A stretch of 64,000 bases of DNA from Phoronis australis (Eukaryota; Animalia; Phoronida). The position numbers and the translations under genes are program-made. Below the pieces are notes generated by a model. It made no database searches. It saw only the letters and a program-made list of their open reading frames with translations, and was not told where the DNA came from. The stretch's first letter is position 1. Every line of letters starts with the position of its first letter. Location: NCBI GenBank assembly GCA_002633005.1, contig NMRA01000052.1, positions 1,043,235-1,107,234 of the forward strand. The letters run 5' to 3'. Positions 13,192 through 25,399 of the stretch are shown one piece after another.

Positions 13192-13840
13192 TGTCAAGAA
13201 TGACTTCTTGACATTTTATCTATTCTGAGAATTGTGCCTTATTTGGGCCCACCTACATGTTTAATACTATTGGTTAGTTTAACTCCTCCTACTCATACCA
13301 CGTGATTACAACACGTGGCTGTATAACTGTATTATTATATTGTAGTTTCAGTGCAAATAAAATCAGTTGTTCTTTTAACCCTACACAAACCAGTTATCAC
13401 TTTTGCTCTCCCACCTCATTCCACACAATTTTCTGGTGCCGAAACCTAATCAATGTAATGGAATCTATGACAGCGCAACAGAAACTTACTCACGAGACGA
13501 GGAGCCCACCGCGGCATAATCACGAAACTGTTTTCAGAGACTGAACAACTCATGAGCGATATGGACTATGACGGTGTAAAAACGAACCTTGATCTCATAA
13601 CACAAAAAATGGACTTAATAGCAACTCTGGACAATAGCGTCATTGACTTCGTAGAGGGTGACGACTTCGAACATACAATCGAGGAATTGGACAGGTCAAT
13701 TATAACACGGACGCCTATAAACAACAGGCAAAAATTATTCTATTCCTCGAGCAGGCCTCTTCTACAACAGGTAAAAATGACAAATCTACCAAAACTACAG
13801 CTACCGAAATTTGGTGGTGAGATTAAAAACTGGACTGAGT
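13192..13840 (+). mobile_element. BEL/Pao 5' end: LTR, tRNA-Phe PBS and truncated gag
   Basis: TG(13192)...CA(13427) with internal AATAAA; TGGTGCCGAAACC at 13434-13446 complementary to the tRNA-Phe 3' end; gag to LPKLQLPKFGGEIKNWTE. Confidence 0.75.
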
Positions 13841-15017
13841 GATGATGATGACTCGCCACCATCACCATCACCTATGCGTGCTCTGTCTCCAGATGTTAGT
13901 CCCACATTTACTGAACTGAGTCTAGTCGTGTTGTCTTCAGAGCATGCAAATGGTAATAAAGTTAGTTCTTTTCTCTAAAACAACCCTGATCTTTGTAAAT
14001 AATCGTATCTATCTAGACGTAATTGGCATAGAAATGTCACATTTTTCCGTTCCTTGCCTCTTATCAAAACTTATTGGTGAGACTTGATCACTTGGCTTAA
14101 ACCACAGCTTTGGCATGTCTAAGTTTTGCATTGCTTACATTTACTGTATTTCAATGTTTTGCTGGACTGTTTTGTAAGTTGTATATTTGTTGTAGTTAAT
14201 TCAAAAGGTCACCCCACCGTAGGTGACAAGGTGCCACGACAAAACCCGTGGCGTGCGCCAGCTTGTTCAAGTTGTGGTCAGCTTCGCGCAGAGAACAAAA
14301 AGCTAAAGGAAGAAGTTGCGCGCCTGCAACGTAGTGCTAAAGGTGAAAATGTACATTTAGACAACTAAAAAATTATAAATTTAAAAGTGATTGTGACATT
14401 ATAGTTGTACTTGTTACACCAGATTTAAGTTGTGGTTTTGTAGTTCATAAAGAACTAAACTGTTTGTGATCTTGATCATTTATTAATTGCTTTTGTGTTA
14501 GCTTTGACAGTGAGTGGTACGTACATTTGCTATATTTTTCAATGATTTGTTTTAGAACAAGCTTGTACTTCATCACGGGCACTGCCACCTGCTGGCTTCG
14601 TGAATGAAGACGAAGCTATTTGCTTCCATGTAATTATAAAGGAGTGCAGAAAATTTCTCCAAATTATTCTCATTGTATGGTGACATTCATTGATTGAGCA
14701 CTTTTGCTTATATGGTAACCAAACAGTGCAAGCAATTTCAATGCATTCCCATGTATAATTCAAGAAGAATTGTTCAACTAAGGGCAATGAAACTGCAAAC
14801 AATTTGGTGTTCTTACATTAATATACAAACTTGTATACGTAACATAAATAACAATTATTTCAGATGACTCCAATGGGCCAGGATGCATACTTGCACCAGG
14901 ATCAGGTGGCGTGTCTGCAAAACGTCAGCCATAGTGGGCCGTCAATGGGACGGAAGATGCTGTCAATACTCTTTCCCAAACGCGTCATCAAGGGAAGACA
15001 TTGACAGCAACCTCCTG

Positions 15018-15960
15018 TGTAGTAGTATCGTGTAGTGATTCTCTCTCACTAGCCAAGTAGAATACATGTGTTATATGTCAGACTCCAGTCGTCGTTTTAT
15101 ATACGCTTATAACGGCCAGCTATTACTACATGGTGGCAGCGGTAAACCTGTACGCCTTTCAACATCCGTGCATCGACCTGCAACCTGAACTAACGTCCAG
15201 AAAGTCACCAACCTGCGGACATTCTTCTTTCGGACTGAACATTCTGCTGACCTCGCCGAGAGACATTGTTCTGCAGTCAGACGGCACTCGCTCGCTCAAC
15301 TGACATAACTGCGACGAGATCAACAAAACCGTAAGCAAAAACAGTGCATAATTGTCTTACGGACATACTGTCCACGGATAGAACGCGGTGATCGCCATTA
15401 GCCGCGCCATACTCGTGTGTATTTACTTGTGACCTATTTTACCTTCTCACGGCGGACTAACACTGTCTTGTGCCGTAGTAAAGTGTTCCGCCTAACTCGC
15501 CTCGCTGCTGTATAGGAACTCCTTTCCTGGTGAAAATTAGTTTCGCCTAACTAGTGGACACCTACAGTAAATTCCAAAATGGCCGCCCATTTCCCAATTA
15601 TGCGGTGGGACGGCGATGATCTGAGCGAAAACCTACTGCTATTTAAGCAGAAAATGACTCTCTATCTCGAAGATGAGGCAATTGAAGATGAAGTTAAGCA
15701 GGCTAAGAAAATCTGCCGTGGTATTGGTGATGAATGGCTTAAGCACCTGAATGTCAGTGGGCTCAGCGATGCAGACAAGAAAGACCCCAACCAGCTGTGG
15801 ACACTTTTCGAGTCTCAACTCAAAGTGAGCGTCAATTTTTGGATACACAGACTGCACCCCATGCAATTACGGCAAAAATCACAAGAAAGCCTAGATGATT
15901 TCGTCACCGGAGCACGCACTGTGGCCCTCAAATGTGATTTTGGTGACGACGAGCTTAGTG
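15018..15960 (+). mobile_element. Gypsy 5' end: short LTR, tRNA-Leu PBS, 5' UTR, truncated gag
   Basis: TGTAGTA(15018)...TACTACA(15130) inverted LTR ends; TGGTGGCAGCGGT at 15131-15143; ORF 15579 MAAHFPIMRWDG...LRQKSQESLDDFV...KCDF; absent from the paralogous site at ~9963. Confidence 0.88.
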
Positions 15961-17063
15961 AGTATAGTTTTCACAATTGACATACAACTATTTTATCTTG
16001 CAGCTTTAACCATTCTTACCTTTACTACTAAGCATAGTTGATTTTCAATTTACCACTGGTCAGTCAAAGAAGTGCAACATTTTTTAAATCCTTGACATGC
16101 CCTTCCAAAGGACATCTTAGTGACTGTTAAATAACCTGAACATTATCTTATTAATATCACGATCCTATAACTTTCATGTGATAGAATATAAGCATGAAAC
16201 TTTGCATTGTGCTTATAGTCTGTAATTTGTTACATTTTATTGTCTCGTGTTGAGGCACGTTTTGTATGCATAATTATTAATCGAGCACTGAGCATAAGCA
16301 ATGCTGTAGTTGTTGTTGACCTATTGTACATGTGAAGACTACCCATTTTCAGACTGGATAATGGCAAATAAACTGGATTCGTCCACCCGAGGCGCAGTGA
16401 ATGCAAGTATAACTCGGGCCATTTCATCGAAAAAGTGCTATCAGAAAAAGAAGCTTCTTGGATGTTGACTTGTGAAATATTAAAATGGTTCCTGTTCAGT
16501 ATTTTGCTGTATTCTCATAATATTCTGCGTTGAACCATAATTGTCTCGCACATTTCACAAGTGTTTTAAACATCCCTTAAAAAAATTTATCTCCAAAACA
16601 AATGATTCAGTTCTTACTTGATATTTCCATTGGTTAATTTTTCAATTTTAACTAATTTGCTATGTTCACAGAAATAAAATAGATTCGTACTACTTGTGAA
16701 CAATTCTATCAATTTCTTATAAGTGTTCCCTCGTTTCAAGTTGTAAACACTGAGAAAGGGCAAGAACCGATACCTTAGCTTTTTTAAACAAATATACCAA
16801 CTCTTAACTGTCATTATTGTTTTATCGTTTAAGAGTAGACTACCGATAAGTCGGAATGTCTTGGACATTTTCCTATGAAACAGTTGATAACATACACTCC
16901 TTGAAGTCAAATACATTTGTCGGATGAAGTTGTGTAGTCCAATCGAATTCACCTTATTCATTTTCAGTTGGTAATGGCAGCATTCCTTTAAAAGATGTGT
17001 ACGTACACTTTAACATGTAACTTATCGCATTCTGTTTTACATGATGCTCTATTTTAATTTTCA

Positions 17064-17600
17064 GAAAATCATAGATGAGGATACTCCTGTTGAGACCGGC
17101 TATGTTCGACTGGTGGAGGATCACCCAGTCATCGTTCCAACAACAAAACCAATTTTCATTAGCAACAGAAAAAGCTATCGCCTTAAGATGATGATGAATG
17201 GATTCTACCAGTCGTCAGAAGTTGTTGGGTTGACTGGTAGTCAACTGGCCTCCACAACTTTAGGCCAAGCGTTGAAAGGTACATATTTTTCTCTAAATTT
17301 TTTCAACAAAAAATTAACAATGAACTTCATCTGAAATATGAAAATATTGAAAACAGAACAACTCAACTGGTTTCCTTATTTCTTTCACCAATTCCATTGC
17401 TTTAACAAACATCTTTTGGCTAAGATGGCACAATTAGACTATTGAAATTGATGTAGGTTTCATCTTCAATGACCTATTGTTTTTTTCTTTTCAGCCTACA
17501 TTCAACCTCAGCAGCAAAGACTTTATTTTTGCTCTGAATATCAAAATTGGCACCATGACCAGAGCATTGAAACACATTCAAAAATAAGTTCTGATCAGAG
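17064..17600 (+). mobile_element. Spliced EnSpm-associated (SAMD3-like) ORF fragment
   Basis: Exons with AG/GT boundaries (KIIDEDTPVE...DHPVIV...; ...TFNLS...); assignment from remembered similarity only. Confidence 0.3.
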
Positions 17601-18264
17601 TAGTTATGTAGTGGTGTTAAACTATATTGTCAAAGTACAGTACATTGCAAGTTGTAATTATATCGGATGTTTGAAGTGTTTAGTTTTAAGTTTATTATTA
17701 TATGATTCTATGTCATAGGCAAAAAGCTTTACAAATTCTCTTGTCATCTGTTGGTTCACTTTGTAAAACTGATGTCCGCAGCTGGGAGTGGGAGGGCCCG
17801 CTATTAACTAGACGGGGTGCTGATTTGTATATTTTTGTGTAAGAAGAGAAATTTTCGTCTATGACAAAGAATTCTATAATGATTAACACTAGACTGATGT
17901 AAATTTTAGGACATGTTTAGTTAATCATGGCATACTTCGGAAAATTCTGGCTTAACCGATTCGAACTCACACGGAGTCTACTGTAGGTGTACTTTGTTGC
18001 CTGTGATCTTTTTAAATACTGTGAAAGTAGTTCTGTATTATCTTCCAGTTGTAATTCCATTATTTGTACATGTAATTAAGTGGCTCTTGGGAACATAAAA
18101 ATGTGAAATTCATTGCTGGTTTTTATTAAAACTGCTTCCCACGTTTTAATTTTTTTAATGCCAACTTGTAAGGTTAAATTATTAATTTGACGACATAAAA
18201 ATATAGGCACTGTGTTCACAGCAATTTTCAGCAGTCAGTGAAAGCACTGTATGTATTCGCAGTT

Positions 18265-18412
18265 ATGTTTGTGGCAAGTTCCGGGTAGTCCCTGTAAGAT
18301 TAAATGGATGTTCGCAGCAAGTTCGTGGCAGGCCATATAAGGTTACATAGAAGTTCACGGCAGTCCATGTAAGGTTGCATGGATGTTCGCAGCAAGTTCG
18401 TGGCAGGCCACG
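18265..18412. repeat. Subterminal-type direct repeats
   Basis: atggatgttcgcagcaagttcgtggcaggcca twice plus interleaved gtaaggtt variants. Confidence 0.7.
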
Positions 18413-18422
18413 GAAAAACGCA

Positions 18423-18615
18423 ATGGCAAATGCACGGACAATGTGAGGTATATAACGCGGACGCTGAAAACTGGAAACACTATGTGGAGAGGCTGAACTT
18501 TTATTTCGTAGCAAACGACGTGAAATCTGATGAGAAAAAGAGGGAAATTTTTCTATGTGTGGCTCAGCCACTTACCAAACCATACGGGATCTGATACAAC
18601 CAGTAAAACCCAGAG
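18423..18615 (+). mobile_element. Gypsy gag N-terminal fragment
   Basis: YNADAENWKHYVERLNFYFVANDV...KKREIFL / CGSATYQTIRDLIQPVKP. Confidence 0.8.
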
Positions 18616-19315
18616 ATATTCAAGAGATTTACGACAATGAAACCTACATCACGGAAGTGCAATTATCCACAGGACAATACCTTCCGTCTCCATCCACAAC
18701 CGCCGCACCTAAGACTTCATCGCCGACAGCACATTTACGGAAACTGGAACTCCTTAAATTCTAGGGCGATTGCCTGGAATTCCTTGGTTTTTGGACATGT
18801 ATATTGCTGCCGTCCACAACAATCCACACCTAACGGATGTTCAGAAATTTCAGTACTTACACTCGTCTTTAAAGGGTGCAGCAAAAGAAATTATCAACGG
18901 CCTGCTTTAACGGTTCCGTCTCATCCCGGACACTTTCGACAATTTTTTGACTCCCTGGAAGTGCTGCTAAGGACACTTTACACCATCGACCCAACGGACA
19001 TCAAGGACCTGCTCGTTCTGATCATTCTGGACAAACTTCCAGCTGACTTCCAAAAGAGCATTGCTCACCAAAACCACAGCGACATGCACATGCCTGTCGC
19101 CACTCTTCGTGACTTCTTAAAGACAGAAGTTAAGATTCTAGACGCTGGCTGTGGATCCACCGACAGCCCTATCGCGACATGTACCAGTCCTCCACAGCGG
19201 CATTTCAAACTAGTGCCCGACATTACTAGAGCAGCAAATCATGTAAGTTATGCTTTTACTGTTCGAGGGTCCACATTTCCACTCACTGCCCAGCCCACGT
19301 ATCTTACGATTCTCG
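18616..19315 (+). mobile_element. BEL/Pao gag (DUF1759) fragment
   Basis: LRKLELLKF*GD / VHNNPHLTDVQKFQYLHSSLKGAAKEIINGL / LIILDKLP. Confidence 0.8.
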
Positions 19316-19316
19316 C

Positions 19317-21790
19317 TTAACTCTTTCACTGCCACTGTCGCATTTCTGCGACTTCCAGGTAGACTGCCAATGTCGGATTTATGTGACTTGAGTACACACA
19401 TACTTAAAACCTATTTTTAGCTTTCTTTCAGGGGAGTTAATGTCGTTAAATTGACATCATTCGACCACTTTACGTTAGTGTCGTCTGCGGATCAAAAATT
19501 TGTTGACTTCGGAGTTTTTTTGAAAGAAATTGGGAGTACTTTTGTTGTTTTGTTTGACGTTCAGAGCGGGAGAAATGGCTAACAGGCTTTCACTTGGCTA
19601 TAATTTAAAAAGAATAGCTAAATATTCTGATTCAGAATCGGATGTTGACTTGTATGACGGGGTACGTTTGTGTTAGCAAATAAATTCTACTTCCGTGCTA
19701 GCCTTCGATACCTGATTTTCAATGGTATTTTCAGCTAGAATCCTGCATCATGGGTTATGAACAGATACTCCTATTACAAATATTAAGAAAAATTTGAAAG
19801 GCTATTTACACGACCCTCGTCTTTCACTCTAGGAAGACACTCTTGCACTGCCCAAAGATATATGTCGCGGTGTTGATGATCAAAGTGATGATGGGAACAT
19901 GTCAGTAGATTCTGTTCCTGTATCTGTTGATAATACAGAAAATCAGCAGTCGGTGCCTATGGTGAGAGCTTCTTCATCTGTACACAGATGTAGGCGAGTT
20001 ACATCTTTATCGCGTGGGTGTTGGCGTGGCACAACAACATCAGCCTCCATAAGAATTCACCTGGAGACCTGTAGATTTTAGTGATGATTTCGATTTGCAA
20101 TGGCTTGGAGAACCTCGTAGATCAGGAGTCACGTCAGGATTCGAACCCGTTAATTATTTCAAGTACTTTTTTCCAGTTTTCGATATCGTGACTGTTCACA
20201 CAAACATATATGCCAACCAGTATTTGCGTGATCGTGAGCTACCAGTTGACTCGCGGTTTAGAAAATAGACGGCACCATCAATAAAGGAAATGCAAGCTTA
20301 TGTTGCTTTGCAGATTGCAATGGGTTTAAACTCAAAGCCTGATTTAGCTGACTACTGGGGTTCGTACTGGTTGACAACAACTAGATTCCACGAGGTGATG
20401 CCAAGGAATCGATACCAGTTGTTGAATGCATTTCTTCATTTCAATAATAACAACTTGCGCGGACCAAGGGTCAAGATGGCTATGATCCCATGTTCAAGAT
20501 ACGCCCTTTGATCAGTGTTACAGATGAAAGGTACCTCACTGTATATTCCCCTCAAAAAGAACTGTATGTAGATGAATCGATAATTAAATTCAAGGGCCGT
20601 ATTTTTTCAGGCAGTATCTACCTGCCAAGCCAACTAAGTGGGGGATCAAAACTTTCGCTCTCTGTGAAAGTAACTCTGGTTATGCCTTGGGATTTGTCAT
20701 TTACACTGGCAAAACAACATTCCAAGTTGATGACATTTCAGACTTAGGCAAAACAGAGCAAGTTTGTATGACAATGCTCAGAGGATTTGAGAATGATGGT
20801 TACCATGTTTATGTTGACAACTTTTATTCGTCGCCCAGACTTTTTCCAGAGCCAAAAGCACACGGTATTGGAGCATGTGACATCGTCAAGGATAACAGTA
20901 AGTACATGCCCGAGAGCTTCATCACACAGTCCTGCCACTGAATAAAGGTGATGACCCTGTTATGTGTTGTTCGAATATGATCACGTGTGTGATGATGGAC
21001 ACGAAACGTGTTCATTTTCTGAGCACTATTCACAGTGACTGTTGGTGTTAAGCTTTGTATTAGCCGCCAGGCGTCTCTGGTGTTTAACCTCTCCCCACTG
21101 GCTGGAGGAGCGTTCCAGAGCATCCATGTTGGTGGACTGTTGACGTTTATTGTGCTGGCAAATATAATCACTTGTTAGGGACATTTGTGTTGTCTTTGAG
21201 CAAACTAACAAATGGTAGCAGATTCATAAAGATCTTCAGGTACAGGTGAATAGCATTCAGAATGTCAATGCGTATTAACCCACCGGAATTTAGCGGGACG
21301 AAGTCCTATGAGCGTTACAAACAAGAACTCTTAGCAAAACTGTAAGAGATAGAAAAGCTGACGGAGGTCAGAGGAATGTCGTCCGTCCTGTTATGTGTGA
21401 TGCATACAATAACCACATGAATGGTGTTGATGTTGTCGATCAAAAGTTAGGATCCTATAATTATCCCCATAAATGTGCGAAGTGGTATATGACCATTTTC
21501 CACCGGTAAGTAGCGTTAGTAAATGCCTACATTGTTTAATGCAAATCATTGCATGAAGGTGAAAGGCCGTTGGATGTTGTGCCGTTTCGTGAGAAAGTAA
21601 TCGATGGGTTACTCCAAGGCTGGGATTTGTCAGTCAGTAAGCGCGGTAGGCCCTCCATCACTGAGAAGCCTGACAGGTTGATTGGTCGTCATTTAGCTGC
21701 TCGCTATGCAGATGTCAACACAGACCCGAATGTACTGTGTGCAGTGACAGGCTTACAAAGAGACTGCAGACAAGTTTTTATTGCATAGTC
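19317..21790 (+). mobile_element. piggyBac (PGBD4-like) degraded element
   Basis: TTAA+CTCTTT left end; MPRNRYQLLNAFLHF, FKIRPL, VDESIIKFKGR, PTKWGIK, VYVDNFYSS, YNNHMNGVDVVDQ motifs; many stops and frameshifts. Confidence 0.92.
21040..21337 (+). mobile_element. Copia (GalEa-like) 5' end nested in piggyBac: LTR, tRNA-iMet PBS, gag start
   Basis: TGTTGG(21040)...CTAACA(21210); TGGTAGCAGA at 21213-21222; MSMRINPPEFSGTKSYERYKQELLA. Confidence 0.7.
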
Positions 21791-22599
21791 GTATCATTTT
21801 ACATTCAGAGGCTAGTTGGGGTTTCTGGGTTTGTGCCTTGTCCTTGGTACTAAAAGTGATCAACTTGTCTTTGAAGTAGTTTCAGTTAAGTAGTATACTG
21901 GCCATAAACTACATTATAGTCTGTGGTACTTATTTGTTGATACTATAGACAGAAACTGTTGGTCACAACATTAAAGGCACGTTACATAATCATTGGAGGT
22001 TGTACAGTCTGTCTTATATAACAAGGCATCTGAGCTGGTGTGCCTGCTTGACTGTGTTGTTTTTTTTTGGTAGCAGATCAGCTGATTTGAAATTAATGAT
22101 ATTGACTTCTTGTTATATACAAGCATAACTAAGGACTCAATTTTTTACTCTGTGTGCCTGTTTACAGGAGAGTAATAATTTTGGATTCAAACTTGATATA
22201 GAAGACCAGGTTCTCTTAGTTTTGATGTGACTCAAACTTAATTTATTATGTGATGGACCTTTGCCGGAGATTTTGGGTTTGAAAAACTATGACGTGCAGA
22301 GTTTTCAATTCTTGGTTACCAATTTTAGCAGATAAATTAAAAGATCTGGTGTGTTGGCTTCAACGAGAGACCATGCAGTCAAGTATGCCATTAAAGAAAA
22401 TTATCTAAACACAACATGCATAATTAACTGCACATGCAGAAACGACCATCCAATCTCAGAGGTAGGGGTGAAACCTATAGCCAGTACAAATCGCACAATA
22501 CTGCAAAGTATATGGTGCAATTGCACCAAATGGGTACACCATGTACATATCTAAAGCATTTGGGGGAAGGTATAGTGACAAATACATTGTAGATTGGAA

Positions 22600-22960
22600 T
22601 ACCTTCAACCCAATGATGAAGTTATGGCAGCAGAGGTTTTAATATTGATGACCTACTGTTTCCAAGACGAGTTAAGTTTAACATACCAGCTTTCACCAAA
22701 GGTAAATCACCGCTTACATCAAAAAGATCTGACAAAGTAACAGCGCATAGCCATAGTAAGATAGCCATAGTAAGATAGCCATAGTAAGATAGCCATAGTA
22801 AGATAGCCATAGTAAGATAGCCATAGTAAGATAGCCATAGTAAGATAGCCATAGTAAGATAGCCATAGTAAGATAGCCATAGTAAGATAGCCATAGTAAG
22901 AATCTATGTGGAGTGAGCAATACGAAGACTTTAAGTTTTCAAAATTTTGAGAACCATTAT
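22600..22960 (+). mobile_element. DDE_Tnp_4 (ISL2EU/Harbinger-type) transposase fragment
   Basis: LQPNDEVMA.RGFNIDDLL...NIPAFTKGK...RIAIVRIYVE*AIRRL; related copies at 35050-35290 and 58195-58430. Confidence 0.8.
22747..22900. repeat. Perfect 14-bp minisatellite (ATAGCCATAGTAAG)x11
   Basis: 154 bp of identical head-to-tail units inside the transposase fragment. Confidence 0.97.
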
Positions 22961-23799
22961 TCTAGCGTCAAGCACAAAATCAGTGGATAACTGCTTTTTT
23001 GCTTGTCAAATTTTTTCACACCCGTGTAATCTTAAACATTTTAATTGCCTTCGGGCAGTCAATTCAATACCATTTTTAAGTGTGAAAGAAGCTAACTAAA
23101 GCAAAACAGTTTTAGCAGTATGAACTTTTGACACACTGAGAGACGGGTTCAGAATAATGGGAGGGGAACCCAAAATTCATGAGCAATGATGGATCTAGTA
23201 TGCTTAAATGGCACGTTGTAGACAGGGTAACTGCATTCACGAAAAGTGTGCCAAGCACATAACGTTATATTGTCGTGATGGACTGTCCAGCAGTATGAGG
23301 CAGGCTAGTCCGGACAGTCAGAAACCGCAGGTCTTTCCGCTTGATTACCGTTTATAGCACTTTAATCAGACTGTGTTAAGATAAAAGCTGCCGTTTGATT
23401 TCATTTTTCACACTTTTTGTAGATGGAAACAGAGTCCATATTTGAATTTCTAATAAAAATTGAGTAAAGACCATTTTCTCCCACAAAAATCTGTGTAGTT
23501 TTGTGGGAGATTGTTATTCGGATCAGCTAATTTGCTTGTCTATCCAGTATTACTACACGCCTCCGTGTTTGTAAAAGAGATATTTTTGATATGTCTTAAA
23601 CTGACAATCAAAAAAGTTGCACATTAAAGTCTGTGGGAAAATTAAATTGATTAAATTTTGAACTTGAGCAAAAACAATAAATGCTATGATTTGTTTTGTA
23701 ACTCGACGACGTTCTATTTCGCGCAATGGGCCGAGTGCTTAGCTTCCAGCGCTCATCATGAGTTATATGTATCAGGTTTTTTCTACAAGCATTGACCAT

Positions 23800-23980
23800 T
23801 TTAAAATGAGAGTTGGAAACAAAGTACAAGCAGTGGACCAGAACGGCCACTGCAGTGATGGTAAGATGGAGCACATTTACGAAGATAGAGTGAGTGTGTC
23901 ATTTCGAGGGTGGTCGTCGGAGTTCGACCAGTCAGTGGGTTATGAAGAGGTGCGGGAACAACTAGGACCTGTCGAAAGTG
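23800..23980 (+). pseudogene. Tudor/chromo-barrel-like domain fragment
   Basis: VGNKVQAVDQNGH...GKMEHI...VSVSFRGWSSEFDQSV. Confidence 0.4.
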
Positions 23981-24739
23981 CGTCAGTGCCCATGTTGCAG
24001 TGTGAACAGAACAACTGCTTACCTCTGCAAGGGACATTTAGTGACTGTTGTGGCTGCATTGAAGTAAGAGCACACAATGACCTAGCTTTAGGCACTGTGT
24101 CAGACTGACTGGGCAATAGTTTCATTGTTTTCAGGACATGTTTGATCCTGTCACTCTGATTGTCACGTAGGGTTTAGATAAAATGTTTAAAATGACACCC
24201 AACAGCTGCCAGCTCTAGTCCAGTTATGAAAGGTTTACTGTGTACGCTCAAGTTTCCACCAATATCAAGAACACAATGCTTCTCCCTGAGTTTGTTTTCA
24301 AAGGAAAAGGTTGCGAGCACATGTAAACCTCCAGATGCTGTTAACATTCACTGCTCACCAAAAGGCTCCTGCAGACAAGACACCATGCTGTAGACTATTG
24401 CTAAGTTACCAAACAAACACAACTTGTTTTCCACAAAAAGCTACGATTAATATATTTTAGATGACTACTTAGTCAACACAACTGCAGTCTGCAGAGCACT
24501 ATTTGAAAAGAGGTACATTTTGGTTGAGTCACGTGACGTACAAGTTAATGACACCCATATTCACCACAACTCAAATCTGCATATCGAGAAATGGAAGCTA
24601 TCCACATGTTGGATCTTTTGAAGGAGAATCAACACAAAGTGCTTTCTCTCACCTGTGATGACATCATACGAATGGTCATTGAGAGCTAGTCATGCTACTG
24701 ACAAACCTACGTTAATTGTACGTAGTACATTGTGCTTCA

Positions 24740-25235
24740 GGTGTGTACTGTTTGATTGAGTACACCGAAGATGGTGTGTTAGAGGTAATGACCTTTGATG
24801 AGCTGTCGCCATCAGACATTGCTCCCTTAGATATATTTTGTCGCGTGGAAGATATAGAAGTTGGCAGCAAGGTCATTGCCACGTATGTCATGGATGGCTA
24901 TGAAGCCATGGTCCTGAGTATATCTGGTAAGACTATAAAACTTTTATTGCTGGTTTGACATGACATAGTTGTACATACACTCTAAAAATGTTTCTATGTG
25001 TTCCGAAATTATAAAAGCGAAACTTGAATCTGAAGCATTAGATTTTAATGTAAAGTAAAACACTTGATTATTAATTGTTAATTATGATTTATGTATCACT
25101 TTTCGTGTAGAGGACAGAACAACACTGGTGGCAGAAATGAAGAGAAGAAAAAAGACACTGCCTACAGGAAAGACGGCCACTGAGAAGGTTGTAAAAGAGC
25201 CCAAAAAGAAAGTGGCAAAAATGCCAACGGAGCAG
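24740..25235 (+). mobile_element. Spliced TE accessory gene fragment (unassigned)
   Basis: Exons VYCLIEYTEDGVLEV...YEAMVLSIS|GTAAG and a basic KKTLPTGK exon; duplicated at 48485-48980. Confidence 0.4.
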
Positions 25236-25399
25236 GTATATATATCGCACTACAAGCAAATCTTGCCTCACATGGATCCAAATGGACCGACAACCTGTCA
25301 GTTAATAAAAACATTCCATTAACTGCTTTGCATGGACGTTGGCTTCCATCCATACACAGGTCAAGTTTTGTTTTAGCTATTTTTCTGCTTATATTAAAA

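Larger units (their letters stand above)
12871..16483 (+). repeat. Direct segmental duplicate of 8377-10502
   Basis: Colinear near-identical sequence; this copy additionally has 12923-13485 and a Gypsy insert at 15018-15954. Confidence 0.92.

Noticed and set aside
13434-21222. tRNA-complementary words at 13434, 15131 and 21213
   Set aside because: Only 10-13 nt and adjacent to LTR ends; these are primer-binding sites, not tRNA genes.
22747-22900. Regular repeat array and the repetitive ORFs 22622-22894 and 22714-22920
   Set aside because: Head-to-tail identical units without spacers, so not CRISPR; the ORFs are by-products of the repeat.
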